Below are positions 1 to 9,227 of a stretch of DNA of 64,000 nt, piece by piece. The DNA is taken from the NCBI GenBank assembly GCA_965658025.1, contig CBFHQL010000003.1:39149-103148 (forward strand), in the 5' to 3' direction. The notes beneath the pieces are model-generated. The model was not told where the DNA came from and did no database searches. It was given only the letters and a program-made list of their open reading frames with translations. The position numbers and the translations under genes are program-made. Within the stretch, counting starts at the first letter, position 1. Each line of letters begins with the position of its first letter. Source of the DNA: Flavobacteriaceae bacterium. GTDB lineage: Bacteria > Bacteroidota > Bacteroidia > Flavobacteriales > Flavobacteriaceae.

Positions 1-1775
1 ATATTTCAAGAGATGCACGCTGGGGACGTGTTATGGAAGGCGCAGGGGAGGACCCCTATTTAGGTTCAAAAATTGCATTTGCAAGAGTAAAGGGCTTTCA
101 GGGCGATGACCTTTCAGCTCCAACAACCATAGCGGCTTGCGCCAAACACTTTGCAGGGTATGGATTTCCCGAAGCTGGAAAAGAATACAATACAGTTGAT
201 ATAGGAACTCAAACCTTGCACAATATGGTTATGCCTCCGTTCAAGGCAACCATCGATGCTGGTGTTCGTACTTTTATGAACTCATTTAGTCAACTCAATG
301 GCGTTCCTGCAACAGGGAGTAAATATCTTCAGCGTACACTACTAAAAGAACAATGGAATTTTGACGGTTTTGTGGTATCCGATTGGGGTTCAATTGAAGA
401 AATGGTGGAACATGGTTATGCCGAAGATGCCAAACAAGCTGCCCAAATTGCTGTAGAGGCCGGATCCGATATGGATATGCAATCCCTAGCGTATGTCGAT
501 CATTTGACCGATTTAGTCAAATCTGGAGAAGTTCAGGAAGCACTTATAGACGATGCTGCACGAAGAATATTACGCGTAAAATTTGAGTTAGGGCTTTTTG
601 ATGATCCCTATAAATACTGTAATTCTGAACGTGAAAAGTTTACTATTGGCCATGAAAAATTTCAAGAAGCCACTTTAGAAATGGCCAAAAAGTCAATAGT
701 GCTTTTAAAAAATAAAAACCAACTCTTACCACTAAAAAAGAAAGGGCTCAATATAGCGCTGATTGGTGATCTTGCAGACGATAAAACAAGTCCGCTCGGT
801 AACTGGATTTTGGCAGCAGAAAAGAACTCAGCAGTGTCAGTACTTGAGGGGATGAAGGCATATGAAGGCAATAATCTTGAATTTTCTGTGGGCGTCAAGC
901 TCAATACTGGAGCGTTACAATTCGCCAAAGAATTGAACATTAATACTTCAGATAAAAGTGATTTTCCAGCAGCATTGAAACTCGCCAAAAAAGCAGATGT
1001 TGTGGTAATGGTTTTAGGTGAACATGGTTTTCATAGCGGAGAGGGAAGAAGCAGGACACAGCTTGGATTACCGGGGCTACAGCAAGAACTTTTAGAACAA
1101 GTTTTTAAAGTCAACCAAAACATCATCCTCGTGCTCAATAACGGTAGACCACTCGTACTGGATTGGGCAGACCAACACATTCCAGCCATTGTTGAAGCTT
1201 GGCAATTAGGGACACAAAGTGGAAATGCCATTGCTCAGGTATTATATGGCGATTATAATCCCAGCGGGAAACTTCCAATGTCGTTTCCTAAAGCTTTAGG
1301 TCAAGTGCCCATTTATTACAATTACAAAAGTACTGGAAGGCCAACCTTACCATCACCTGATGAAGTGTTTTGGACGCATTATCAAGATGAACAGAATGCG
1401 CCGCTTTATCCTTTTGGATATGGCCTAAGTTATACCACGTTTGCTTACAGCAATCTAAAAATTAATAGCCAAACCGACACAACAATTGATGTTAGTGTAG
1501 AAGTTACCAACACAGGGAATGTTCAGGGGAATGAAGTGGTTCAATTGTATGTAAAAGACCATTTTGCCAGACCAACACAACCCATAAAAAGTCTTAAAGG
1601 TTTTGAACTCATTGATTTAAACCCTAGTCAAACCAAAACAGTGCATTTCACGCTTACCGAAACTGAACTTGGATTTTATGATAATGATGGAAACTTTACA
1701 GTACAACCTGGTGATTTTTCTATATATGTTGGGGGCGATTGCACAACAAAACTTAATACCAAATTTAAATTATGA
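1..1775 (+). CDS. bglX: Glycoside hydrolase family 3 beta-glucosidase, 5'-truncated by the window edge
   Basis: ORF 33..1775 stays open in frame back to nt 3 (ISRDARWGRV precedes the listed Met), so the gene begins upstream of the window. GH3 hallmarks are present: RWGRV-EG-GEDPYL, the nucleophile motif GFVVSDWG, and a C-terminal FnIII-like domain (VVQLYVKD...KSLKGFE). Confidence 0.9.
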   Translation, partial: ISRDARWGRVMEGAGEDPYLGSKIAFARVKGFQGDDLSAPTTIAACAKHFAGYGFPEAGKEYNTVDIGTQTLHNMVMPPFKATIDAGVRTFMNSFSQLNGVPATGSKYLQRTLLKEQWNFDGFVVSDWGSIEEMVEHGYAEDAKQAAQIAVEAGSDMDMQSLAYVDHLTDLVKSGEVQEALIDDAARRILRVKFELGLFDDPYKYCNSEREKFTIGHEKFQEATLEMAKKSIVLLKNKNQLLPLKKKGLNIALIGDLADDKTSPLGNWILAAEKNSAVSVLEGMKAYEGNNLEFSVGVKLNTGALQFAKELNINTSDKSDFPAALKLAKKADVVVMVLGEHGFHSGEGRSRTQLGLPGLQQELLEQVFKVNQNIILVLNNGRPLVLDWADQHIPAIVEAWQLGTQSGNAIAQVLYGDYNPSGKLPMSFPKALGQVPIYYNYKSTGRPTLPSPDEVFWTHYQDEQNAPLYPFGYGLSYTTFAYSNLKINSQTDTTIDVSVEVTNTGNVQGNEVVQLYVKDHFARPTQPIKSLKGFELIDLNPSQTKTVHFTLTETELGFYDNDGNFTVQPGDFSIYVGGDCTTKLNTKFKL

Positions 1776-2551
1776 TATTGTTTAGAATTATACTCATATT
1801 GTCTTTGGCATTTATCACAAAAACTAGTGATAACCCTGGGAAACGCGTCATATTTACTGAAGATTTTGAACAATCTTTTTTGGATTTAAATCATTGGAAC
1901 TATGAGTTAGGGGACGGATGTCCAAACCTCTGTGGATGGGGTAATAAAGAATATCAGCATTACACAAAAGAAAACATTTTTGTACGTGACGAAAAACTAG
2001 TTATTAAAGCAACCAAACAAGGAGATCAATATTTTTCAGGCCGTATCACCACCAAAGATAAAATAGAGTTTCAATACGGAACTGTTGAAGTCAAAGCAAA
2101 ACTCCCACAAGGGTTAGGCGTATGGCCAGCGATTTGGATGCTTGGGCATGATATTGACGAAAATTATTGGCCAAATTGCGGTGAAATAGATATCATGGAA
2201 TATGTGGGTAGAATGCCTGGAAAAATCCACACCACATTGCATACCAAGGACAGTTATGGTGTCTCAAAAAACACAAAAATTACGACTTTAGAAGATATTG
2301 AAAGTGGATTTCATATTTACAAAATGCAATGGGATGAACATCAAATTCAATTTTCTATTGACGACAATGTGGTTTATAACTTTGCACCTGCCGAAAAAAC
2401 AGCCGAAATTTGGCCTTTCGATAAGCCATTTTACTTGATTCTTAATTTAGCTGTTGGAGGGTATTTTGGAGGATTCGAAGTTGACGATTCTATTTTCCCA
2501 CAAGAATTTGTAATCGATTATATCAAAGTATACAAAGATTCTAATCTTTAA
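1772..2551 (+). CDS. Glycoside hydrolase family 16 endo-beta-1,3-glucanase (laminarinase-like), secreted
   Basis: The GH16 catalytic motif ExDxxE is present as GEIDIMEY, and WPAIWMLG lies upstream. There is an N-terminal hydrophobic signal sequence. The start overlaps the GH3 stop by 4 nt (ATGA). Confidence 0.88.
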   Translation: MILFRIILILSLAFITKTSDNPGKRVIFTEDFEQSFLDLNHWNYELGDGCPNLCGWGNKEYQHYTKENIFVRDEKLVIKATKQGDQYFSGRITTKDKIEFQYGTVEVKAKLPQGLGVWPAIWMLGHDIDENYWPNCGEIDIMEYVGRMPGKIHTTLHTKDSYGVSKNTKITTLEDIESGFHIYKMQWDEHQIQFSIDDNVVYNFAPAEKTAEIWPFDKPFYLILNLAVGGYFGGFEVDDSIFPQEFVIDYIKVYKDSNL

Positions 2552-3785
2552 GTAAAAAGTTTACTTTTTCCAGAATCGCGGCAGAAGCACCTTTGTTGTT
2601 TGCAACATAGACTCCGTTTTTTTGCCCACAATTTCCTCTATGCTTTTCATCTGTAATAAACCGATCTAATGCATTTTTCAAATCAGCAGAATTTGTGATG
2701 CTTACAAGACCTCCATTTTGTAGCATTTCTTTTGCCTCAGGGAACTTTTGATAGTTTTTTCCAATAATAATGGGGATGCCAAAAACAGCGGCTTCAAGTG
2801 TATTGTGCAATCCACTTGTTCCCATGCCACCCCCAATATAAGCTACGTCGGCATAGCGGTAAACTTTGGACAATAGTCCGATAGTATCGACAATAAAAAC
2901 CTGTTTTTCGGCTAATATTTCTTCTTTATGATTTGAGTATAAGACTGCTTTGGAACCTAAAGTACTTTTCAGTTTTTGTATATTTTGTTTTTTAATCAGA
3001 TGGGGTGCGATGATAAATTTGACTGATTTTGGTGCATTTTGTATGTATGGAATCAACACCTGTTCGTCTTCAAACCAAGTACTTCCTGCGACCACACATA
3101 ATTTTCCATCTTTGAAGTCTTCAATAAACGGAAGCGTATTGTTTTGTTTTAATTGACTCGATACACGATCAAATCTAGTATCTTTTGCGCTTGTGACATT
3201 TTGGTAACCAATATTTTGCAATAGCTTTTTTGACTCAATGTTTTGCGTAAATATGTGATCGAAACAAAAGAACAGATGCTTCCATTGTTTGCCATAAAAC
3301 TTAAAAAAGTATTGGTCAGGCCGCAACAATGCCGAAATTAAAACAACCTTAGCAGTATGATTTTTTAAAGCGTTTAAGTAATTAGGCCACAATTCATATT
3401 TGACAAAAACAACGAGTTTTGGATGTGTTAGTTCTAAGAATTTTTGAACTTGTTTTTTAGTGTCTAAAGGCAAATACACCGTAATTGGCGTTAGTGGATT
3501 CTCTTTGCGAATTTCATAACCTGAAGGCGAAAAAAAAGAAAGCACAATTTTTGTCTTTGGATTTTGTTCCTTTAGCTGCTCAAATACAGGCAAACCCTGC
3601 TCGTATTCACCCAATGAGGCACAATGAAACCAAAAAACTTCATCGCCTTTTTGAAGATGTTCTTGAAGAATTTTAAAGGTTTTTTGACGCCCATCAATTC
3701 CTTTTTTTAGCTTCGTATTAAACTGCCCAAACACCGGGAGCAACAAACGAACCAGTTCATTAATAAGATTATAGATGGCCATCAA
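2541..3785 (-). CDS. waaA: 3-deoxy-D-manno-octulosonic acid (Kdo) transferase
   Basis: N-terminal WFHCASLGEYEQGLPVFEQLK is typical of KdtA/WaaA. The C-terminal GT-B region contains GGMGTSGLHNTLEAAVFGIP. Confidence 0.88.
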   Translation of the reverse strand: MMAIYNLINELVRLLLPVFGQFNTKLKKGIDGRQKTFKILQEHLQKGDEVFWFHCASLGEYEQGLPVFEQLKEQNPKTKIVLSFFSPSGYEIRKENPLTPITVYLPLDTKKQVQKFLELTHPKLVVFVKYELWPNYLNALKNHTAKVVLISALLRPDQYFFKFYGKQWKHLFFCFDHIFTQNIESKKLLQNIGYQNVTSAKDTRFDRVSSQLKQNNTLPFIEDFKDGKLCVVAGSTWFEDEQVLIPYIQNAPKSVKFIIAPHLIKKQNIQKLKSTLGSKAVLYSNHKEEILAEKQVFIVDTIGLLSKVYRYADVAYIGGGMGTSGLHNTLEAAVFGIPIIIGKNYQKFPEAKEMLQNGGLVSITNSADLKNALDRFITDEKHRGNCGQKNGVYVANNKGASAAILEKVNFLLKD

Positions 3786-3901
3786 TGCGCTTTAATTTAT
3801 AACAAAAATACATTCTTTATCTTAATTTTAGCATTTGCCCATCGCTATTTTTGTATTTTTGTGGGGCACAAAATAGATGTGTTATCAATCAACATAACGC
3901 C

Positions 3902-5053
3902 ATGAAAAAAATACAAATGGTTGACCTCAAAGGTCAATATACCCCCATAAAAGACCAAGTTAATTCTTCTATCCAAGAAGTTATAGATACAGCTGCCTTC
4001 ATCAATGGCCCAAAAGTCAAAGCGTTTCAAGCAAATCTCGAAACCTATTTAGATGTAAAACATGTGATTCCATGTGCCAATGGTACAGATGCTCTTCAAA
4101 TTGCTATGATGGGACTTGGACTAAAGCCAGGTGATGAGGTAATTACAGCAGATTTTACATTTGCAGCAACAGTAGAAGTGATTGCGCTTTTAGGGCTTAC
4201 TCCAGTTCTTGTTGATGTAGACCCCGAATATTTCAATATCGATATCGATGCAATAAAAAAGGCCATCACACCAAAAACTAAAGCTATTGTTCCGGTGCAC
4301 TTATTTGGTCAATGCGCCAACATGGATGCCATTATGGAAATCGCCAAAGCGCATAATTTATTTGTTATTGAGGATAACGCTCAAGCTATTGGTGCAACAT
4401 ACACAGCGCCAGATGGATCTAAAGCTAAAGCTGGAACCATTGGACATGTTGCTTCAACTTCTTTTTTCCCGTCAAAAAACTTAGGATGCTATGGAGATGG
4501 AGGTGCAATTTTCACTAATGACGATGATCTGGCACATACCATTCGTGGTATTGTAAACCACGGAATGTACAAACGTTATCATCATGATGTTGTTGGAGTA
4601 AATTCGCGCTTAGACTCTATACAAGCTGCAGTTTTGGACGCAAAACTGCCACATTTAGATAACTATAATAAAGCGCGACAAAATGCGGCAAGAAAATACA
4701 ATGCTGCTTTCAAAAATCATCCAAATATAGAGACACCAAAAGCTGGAAATGGATGTCAAACAATATGCGATAACTGTGATTGTCATGTTTTTCATCAATA
4801 TACTCTAAAGCTTAAGAACGCCGATCGTGATGGATTGGTAGCCCATCTAAACGCAAAAGGAATCCCATGTGGTGTGTATTATCCAATTCCTTTACATAAA
4901 CAAAAAGCATATCAAGATGAGCGTTATAATGATGAAGATTTTCAAGTTACCAACCAGCTCTCAAAAGAAGTCATTTCACTCCCCATGCATACCGAATTAG
5001 ACGACGAGCAGATTGAATTTATAACCACCTCTGTTTTATCGTTTTTAACCTAA
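3902..5053 (+). CDS. DegT/DnrJ/EryC1/StrS family PLP-dependent sugar aminotransferase
   Basis: The PLP-lysine region is SFFPSKNLGCYGDGG, and IEDNAQAIGA and GTDALQIA are present. I prefer the ATG at 3902 (MKKIQMVDLKGQY), which fits the family N-terminus, over the track start at 3851. Confidence 0.85.
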   Translation: MKKIQMVDLKGQYTPIKDQVNSSIQEVIDTAAFINGPKVKAFQANLETYLDVKHVIPCANGTDALQIAMMGLGLKPGDEVITADFTFAATVEVIALLGLTPVLVDVDPEYFNIDIDAIKKAITPKTKAIVPVHLFGQCANMDAIMEIAKAHNLFVIEDNAQAIGATYTAPDGSKAKAGTIGHVASTSFFPSKNLGCYGDGGAIFTNDDDLAHTIRGIVNHGMYKRYHHDVVGVNSRLDSIQAAVLDAKLPHLDNYNKARQNAARKYNAAFKNHPNIETPKAGNGCQTICDNCDCHVFHQYTLKLKNADRDGLVAHLNAKGIPCGVYYPIPLHKQKAYQDERYNDEDFQVTNQLSKEVISLPMHTELDDEQIEFITTSVLSFLT

Positions 5054-5064
5054 ATTTTTTAATC

Positions 5065-6342
5065 ATGAAAAAATTAATTTTAATCTTATGTTTTATGCAA
5101 ATGATTGTGGTTTCGGCCCAAGACATTTATTTGCATTGTGGTCAACTTATTGACACAGAAAAAGGTAAAGTACTTACCAAAAAGACAATTGTTGTTTCTG
5201 GGAAAACAATTAAATCCATACAAAATGGATATGTAGATCCAGAGAATGCTTTAGATGTTGTTATTGATTTGAAATCAAAAACAGTAATGCCTGGTTTGAT
5301 AGACATGCATGTTCACATGGAAAATGAGTATAATCCAAAGCGGTACATGGATCAATTTACAGCCAATGAGGCTGATGTGGCGTTCAAATCGGTAAATTAT
5401 GCAGAAATAACCCTTATGGCTGGGTTCACTACAGTTCGCGATCTTGGCGGAACAGGCGTTAATATTGCATTAAGAAATGCCATTAATAACAATACGATTG
5501 TTGGTCCAAGGATTTTTACTGCGGGGAAAGCTATTGCAACTACAGGAGGTCATGCCGATCCAACCAACGGAAGGAAAAAACTTTTAATGGGGGATCCAGG
5601 GCCAGAACAAGGCGTGATAAATGGTCCTGATGAAGCCCGAAAAGCGGTGCGTCAGCGTTACAAAAATGGAGCAGATAACATTAAAATCACAGCCACTGGT
5701 GGTGTTTTGAGTGTAGCCAAAAATGGTCAGAATCCACAATTTACAATTGAGGAAGTAAAAGCGATTTGTGAAACGGCTAAAGATTATGGTATGATTGTAG
5801 CGGCTCATGCCCATGGTGATGAGGGAATGCAACGCGCCGTAATTGGTGGAGTCACAACCATAGAACATGGCACTAAAATGAGCACAAAGACTATGGACTT
5901 AATGAAGGAATATGGCACATATTTTGTCCCTACAATCACCGCTGGAAAAGCCGTAGCTGAAAATGCTAAAATTGAAGGGTTTTATCCAAAAATTATTGTT
6001 CCTAAGGCCTTAGAAATTGGGCCAAAAATCCAAAATACTTTTGCTAAAGCGTATAAAAGAGGTGTGCCCATCGCATTTGGTACAGATGCTGGTGTTTTTC
6101 CTCATGGACTGAATGCAAAAGAATTTGGCTATATGGTTGAGGTAGGTATGCCTGCTATGGAGGCCATTCAGTCGGCAACAGTTACAAACGCAAAAATTCT
6201 TGGTTTTGGCGATCAACTGGGGCAAATTAAACCTAATTATATTGCAGATATCGTCGCTACGGACACTAACCCATTGGAAGATATCTCAGCTATGGAGCGT
6301 GTGCAATTCGTAATGAAAGAAGGTAAGATTTACAAAAATTAA
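5065..6342 (+). CDS. Secreted metal-dependent amidohydrolase family protein
   Basis: There is a signal peptide (MKKLILILCFMQMIVVSAQ). The HxH metal motif is GLIDMHVHM, with later AAHAHGD and FGTDAG. This pattern fits the amidohydrolase superfamily, but the substrate is unknown. Confidence 0.75.
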   Translation: MKKLILILCFMQMIVVSAQDIYLHCGQLIDTEKGKVLTKKTIVVSGKTIKSIQNGYVDPENALDVVIDLKSKTVMPGLIDMHVHMENEYNPKRYMDQFTANEADVAFKSVNYAEITLMAGFTTVRDLGGTGVNIALRNAINNNTIVGPRIFTAGKAIATTGGHADPTNGRKKLLMGDPGPEQGVINGPDEARKAVRQRYKNGADNIKITATGGVLSVAKNGQNPQFTIEEVKAICETAKDYGMIVAAHAHGDEGMQRAVIGGVTTIEHGTKMSTKTMDLMKEYGTYFVPTITAGKAVAENAKIEGFYPKIIVPKALEIGPKIQNTFAKAYKRGVPIAFGTDAGVFPHGLNAKEFGYMVEVGMPAMEAIQSATVTNAKILGFGDQLGQIKPNYIADIVATDTNPLEDISAMERVQFVMKEGKIYKN

Positions 6343-6344
6343 AC

Positions 6345-6839
6345 TTATTTGTTTTGTAGTGTTTTCCCTTTTTGCTTGAATGAAGCAATGATGAGTAGAA
6401 TCATTCCAGTTGTAACGGACAAATCGGCAACATTGAAAATTCCTGTTTGGGCAAATCCAAAGTCCATAAACAAAAAGTCCGTCACTGAACCATAAACAAA
6501 ACGGTCATACAAATTGGCAATTCCACCGCCTGCAACACAACTAAAACCAATGACAGATAAGGTGTCTAAATGTTTGTTAGTAAAAAGGTAGTACAACACA
6601 ATACTTAGGACGACAACAGGTAAAATAAGAAGGAAAATGAGTTTTATTGTGGGGTGAGCACTACTTCCCACACCCAAAAATGCACCAGAGTTTTCTACAT
6701 TCATTAATTGTAAAAGCTCGCCAACAATTTCAGTACGTGATCCAGCAACAACCTCCGTCCTCACAATGTGCTTTGTGTATTGGTCTAAACCAATATTTAA
6801 CACGACTAAAAACAAGATGAATGTTATTCTTTTGTTCAT
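6345..6839 (-). CDS. lspA: Lipoprotein signal peptidase II
   Basis: The protein has about 4 TM segments and the conserved VENSGAFLG and FNVADLSVTTG (catalytic Asp) motifs. Confidence 0.9.
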   Translation of the reverse strand: MNKRITFILFLVVLNIGLDQYTKHIVRTEVVAGSRTEIVGELLQLMNVENSGAFLGVGSSAHPTIKLIFLLILPVVVLSIVLYYLFTNKHLDTLSVIGFSCVAGGGIANLYDRFVYGSVTDFLFMDFGFAQTGIFNVADLSVTTGMILLIIASFKQKGKTLQNK

Positions 6840-6843
6840 AAGA

Positions 6844-7731
6844 TTATAATTCTAAATCAGCACCACTGGTGTTTACTTCTCTATTTATTTTCCTCATTAG
6901 TCCCTGCAAAACTTTTCCTGGGCCAACTTCAATAAAATGTTGCGCACCGTCTGTAATCATTTGCTCAACAGATTGAGTCCAACGTACTGGCGAGGTAAGC
7001 TGTGCAATCAAATTTGTTTTAATTTCAGTAGTATCTTGAACGGCATTCGCACAAACATTTTGATAAATTGGACAACTGGGTGTATTGAATGTTGTCTGTT
7101 CAATGGCTGTTGCCAATTGTTCGCGTGCGGGTTCCATTAATGGTGAGTGAAATGCTCCGCCAACGGGCAAGACCAAAGCTCTACGTGCCCCTTTTTCTTT
7201 TAAATGTTCACATGCTGCGTGGATGGGTTCAATAGCACCAGAAATTACCAATTGGCCAGGGCAATTATAATTAGCCGCAACAACAATGCCTTCAATATCG
7301 GCACAAACAGATTCTACAATCTCATCTTCTAAACCTAAAACTGCAGCCATAGTCCCTTCTGTCGATACGCATGCTTTTTGCATGGCATCGGCACGTTGCG
7401 CAACGAGTTTTAGCCCTTGCTCGAAGCTCAATGTGTTATTGGCTACTAAAGCAGAAAATTCACCCAATGAGTGGCCAGCAACCATTTCTGGCTTGAATTG
7501 TTCGCCCATACTTTTGGCCAAAATTACCGAATGTAGAAAAATGGCAGGTTGTGTCACGTTTGTTTGTTTTAAGCCTTCTGCACTTCCTTCAAACATGATT
7601 TTTGTAATGTCAAAACCTAAAATCGAATTGGCTTCCTCAAATAGAGATTTAGCAACCGATGATTGTTCGTAAAGGTCTTGCCCCATTCCGGGAAATTGAG
7701 CACCTTGTCCTGGAAAAATATATGCGTTCAT
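6844..7731 (-). CDS. fabD: Malonyl-CoA:ACP transacylase
   Basis: N-terminal FPGQGAQ, the active-site GHSLGEFSAL, and GAFHSPLM are all present. Confidence 0.95.
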   Translation of the reverse strand: MNAYIFPGQGAQFPGMGQDLYEQSSVAKSLFEEANSILGFDITKIMFEGSAEGLKQTNVTQPAIFLHSVILAKSMGEQFKPEMVAGHSLGEFSALVANNTLSFEQGLKLVAQRADAMQKACVSTEGTMAAVLGLEDEIVESVCADIEGIVVAANYNCPGQLVISGAIEPIHAACEHLKEKGARRALVLPVGGAFHSPLMEPAREQLATAIEQTTFNTPSCPIYQNVCANAVQDTTEIKTNLIAQLTSPVRWTQSVEQMITDGAQHFIEVGPGKVLQGLMRKINREVNTSGADLEL

Positions 7732-7758
7732 CTAAAATTTATTTTTAAGTTTGAAAAT

Positions 7759-8286
7759 TTATCGCTTTGTATATGTTATAAAACTAAAATCAAAGGCGTG
7801 TTTGTCGTCTTTTTTTATGCGTTCGTTGTACGTTTCTTTCCATTGATTTAAATCTAGTTCTGGAAAGAATGTATCGCCTTCAAAATGGGCATGAACCCGT
7901 GTAAGCTCAATACAGTCGGCAAAAGCTAATGCTTGTTTGTATATTTCCCCACCTCCAATAATGTAGGGTTGTTCATCTTTTTTTGTTAGTTCAATGGCGT
8001 TCTCAAGCGAATTTACAACCAAAACACCTTCGGGAACTTTATAATCCTTTTGTCTTGTGATGACCACATGGGTTCTGTTGGGTAATGGTTTTGGAAAACT
8101 TTCGAATGTTTTTCGTCCCATAATAATGTGGTGTCCAGAAGTTAGGGACTTGAAACGTTTCAAATCCAAGCTTAAGTTCCAAATTAAATCATTGTCTTTG
8201 CCAATTACTTGGTTTTCTGATACGGCCACAATGATGGTCAGTATTTGTTGTTTTGTTGTATTCAATAGATTAAACTTAGTCCGCAA
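7759..8286 (-). CDS. folA: Dihydrofolate reductase
   Basis: Motifs are IVAVSENQVIGKDNDLIWNL, LKRFKSLTSGHHIIMGRKTFES and YIIGGGEIY. The N-terminus is about 12 aa longer than typical DHFR, so the true start is uncertain (there is no internal ATG). Confidence 0.88.
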   Translation of the reverse strand: MRTKFNLLNTTKQQILTIIVAVSENQVIGKDNDLIWNLSLDLKRFKSLTSGHHIIMGRKTFESFPKPLPNRTHVVITRQKDYKVPEGVLVVNSLENAIELTKKDEQPYIIGGGEIYKQALAFADCIELTRVHAHFEGDTFFPELDLNQWKETYNERIKKDDKHAFDFSFITYTKR

Positions 8287-8307
8287 AAATAGCGTTTTCA
8301 GTTGAAA

Positions 8308-9132
8308 TTATATAGCAACTTTTCCTTTGATGTGTGGGTGCGGATCATAATCAACCAAAGTAAAGTCTTCAAAAGTAAAGTCGAATATATTGTTCACTTC
8401 TGGGTTAAGCACCATTTTAGGTAACGGTCGAGGGGCTCTTGATCGTTGCAATTCGAGTTGTTCTATATGATTGTTATAAATGTGTGCATCTCCAAAAGTA
8501 TGCACAAAATCTCCAGCTTCATATCCGCACACTTGCGCCATCATCATTGTAAATAGTGCATAAGAAGCAATATTGAAAGGGACACCCAGAAAAATATCTG
8601 CACTACGTTGATAAAGTTGACAAGATAATTTCCCTTCGTGTACATAAAATTGGAAAAAGGCATGACAAGGGGGGAGTGCAGCTTTTCCTTCCGCCACATT
8701 TTCTGAAAATGATTTTGAAGTGTCGGGTAAAACCGATGGATTCCATGCCGAAACAAGCATACGCCTGCTGTCAGGATTTGTTTTTAGCGTTTCGATTATT
8801 GATTTTATTTGATCTATATCGTCGCTGTTCCAATTCCGCCATTGATGTCCATATACAGGTCCTAAATCGCCGTTTTCATCAGCCCATTCGTTCCAAATGC
8901 GTACACCATTTTCTGTTAAATACTTAATGTTGGTATCTCCTTTAAGAAACCACAGCAATTCGTAAATGATGGATTTTAAGTGAAGTTTTTTTGTAGTTAC
9001 CATTGGGAAACCTTCACTCAAATCAAAGCGCATTTGGTATCCAAAAACACTTTTTGTACCTGTGCCTGTACGGTCTCCTTTTTCATTTCCGTGCTCTAAA
9101 ACATGGTTTACTAAGTCCAGATATTGCTTCAT
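8308..9132 (-). CDS. thyA: Thymidylate synthase (ThyA type)
   Basis: [22 protein letters not shown], the catalytic [12 protein letters not shown], and [12 protein letters not shown] are present. Confidence 0.97.
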   Translation of the reverse strand: MKQYLDLVNHVLEHGNEKGDRTGTGTKSVFGYQMRFDLSEGFPMVTTKKLHLKSIIYELLWFLKGDTNIKYLTENGVRIWNEWADENGDLGPVYGHQWRNWNSDDIDQIKSIIETLKTNPDSRRMLVSAWNPSVLPDTSKSFSENVAEGKAALPPCHAFFQFYVHEGKLSCQLYQRSADIFLGVPFNIASYALFTMMMAQVCGYEAGDFVHTFGDAHIYNNHIEQLELQRSRAPRPLPKMVLNPEVNNIFDFTFEDFTLVDYDPHPHIKGKVAI

Positions 9133-9227
9133 AAAAACGGTTAATTATTATAATTTAAAAATAATTAATGCAGCAATGAATGTAAAGCATGAAAGAACAA
9201 TAATTTGAAAAGTTATCAACGGATTTA

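Noticed and set aside
2541-2551. Convergent genes with overlapping or abutting 3' ends. GH16 and waaA overlap by 11 nt. Amidohydrolase and lspA are 2 nt apart at 6342-6345. The Ig-like lipoprotein and sdhB overlap by 4 nt at 49176-49179.
   Set aside because: This is real, but it is common in compact Flavobacteriia genomes. There is no sequence evidence for regulatory antisense function beyond the lack of a terminator.
3851-3901. An upstream start codon for the DegT-family gene, plus a 7-bp hairpin (3857-3863 / 3867-3873) beside tandem TATTTTTG boxes at 3846-3861.
   Set aside because: The extra 17 residues (MYFCGAQNRCVINQHNA) overlap promoter-like TAnnTTTG boxes and do not resemble the family N-terminus. 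The hairpin is short and AT-rich. I treated it as untranslated leader or promoter, not as a distinct element.
7286-7672. A 128-aa ORF antisense to fabD. Similar antisense ORFs lie at 662..988, 12764..13051, 19206..19535, 26569..26952, 28142..28513, 43987..44319 and 59331..59639.
   Set aside because: Each one is fully nested opposite a gene with unambiguous conserved motifs. None has a recognisable domain. They are typical frame-shadow artefacts.
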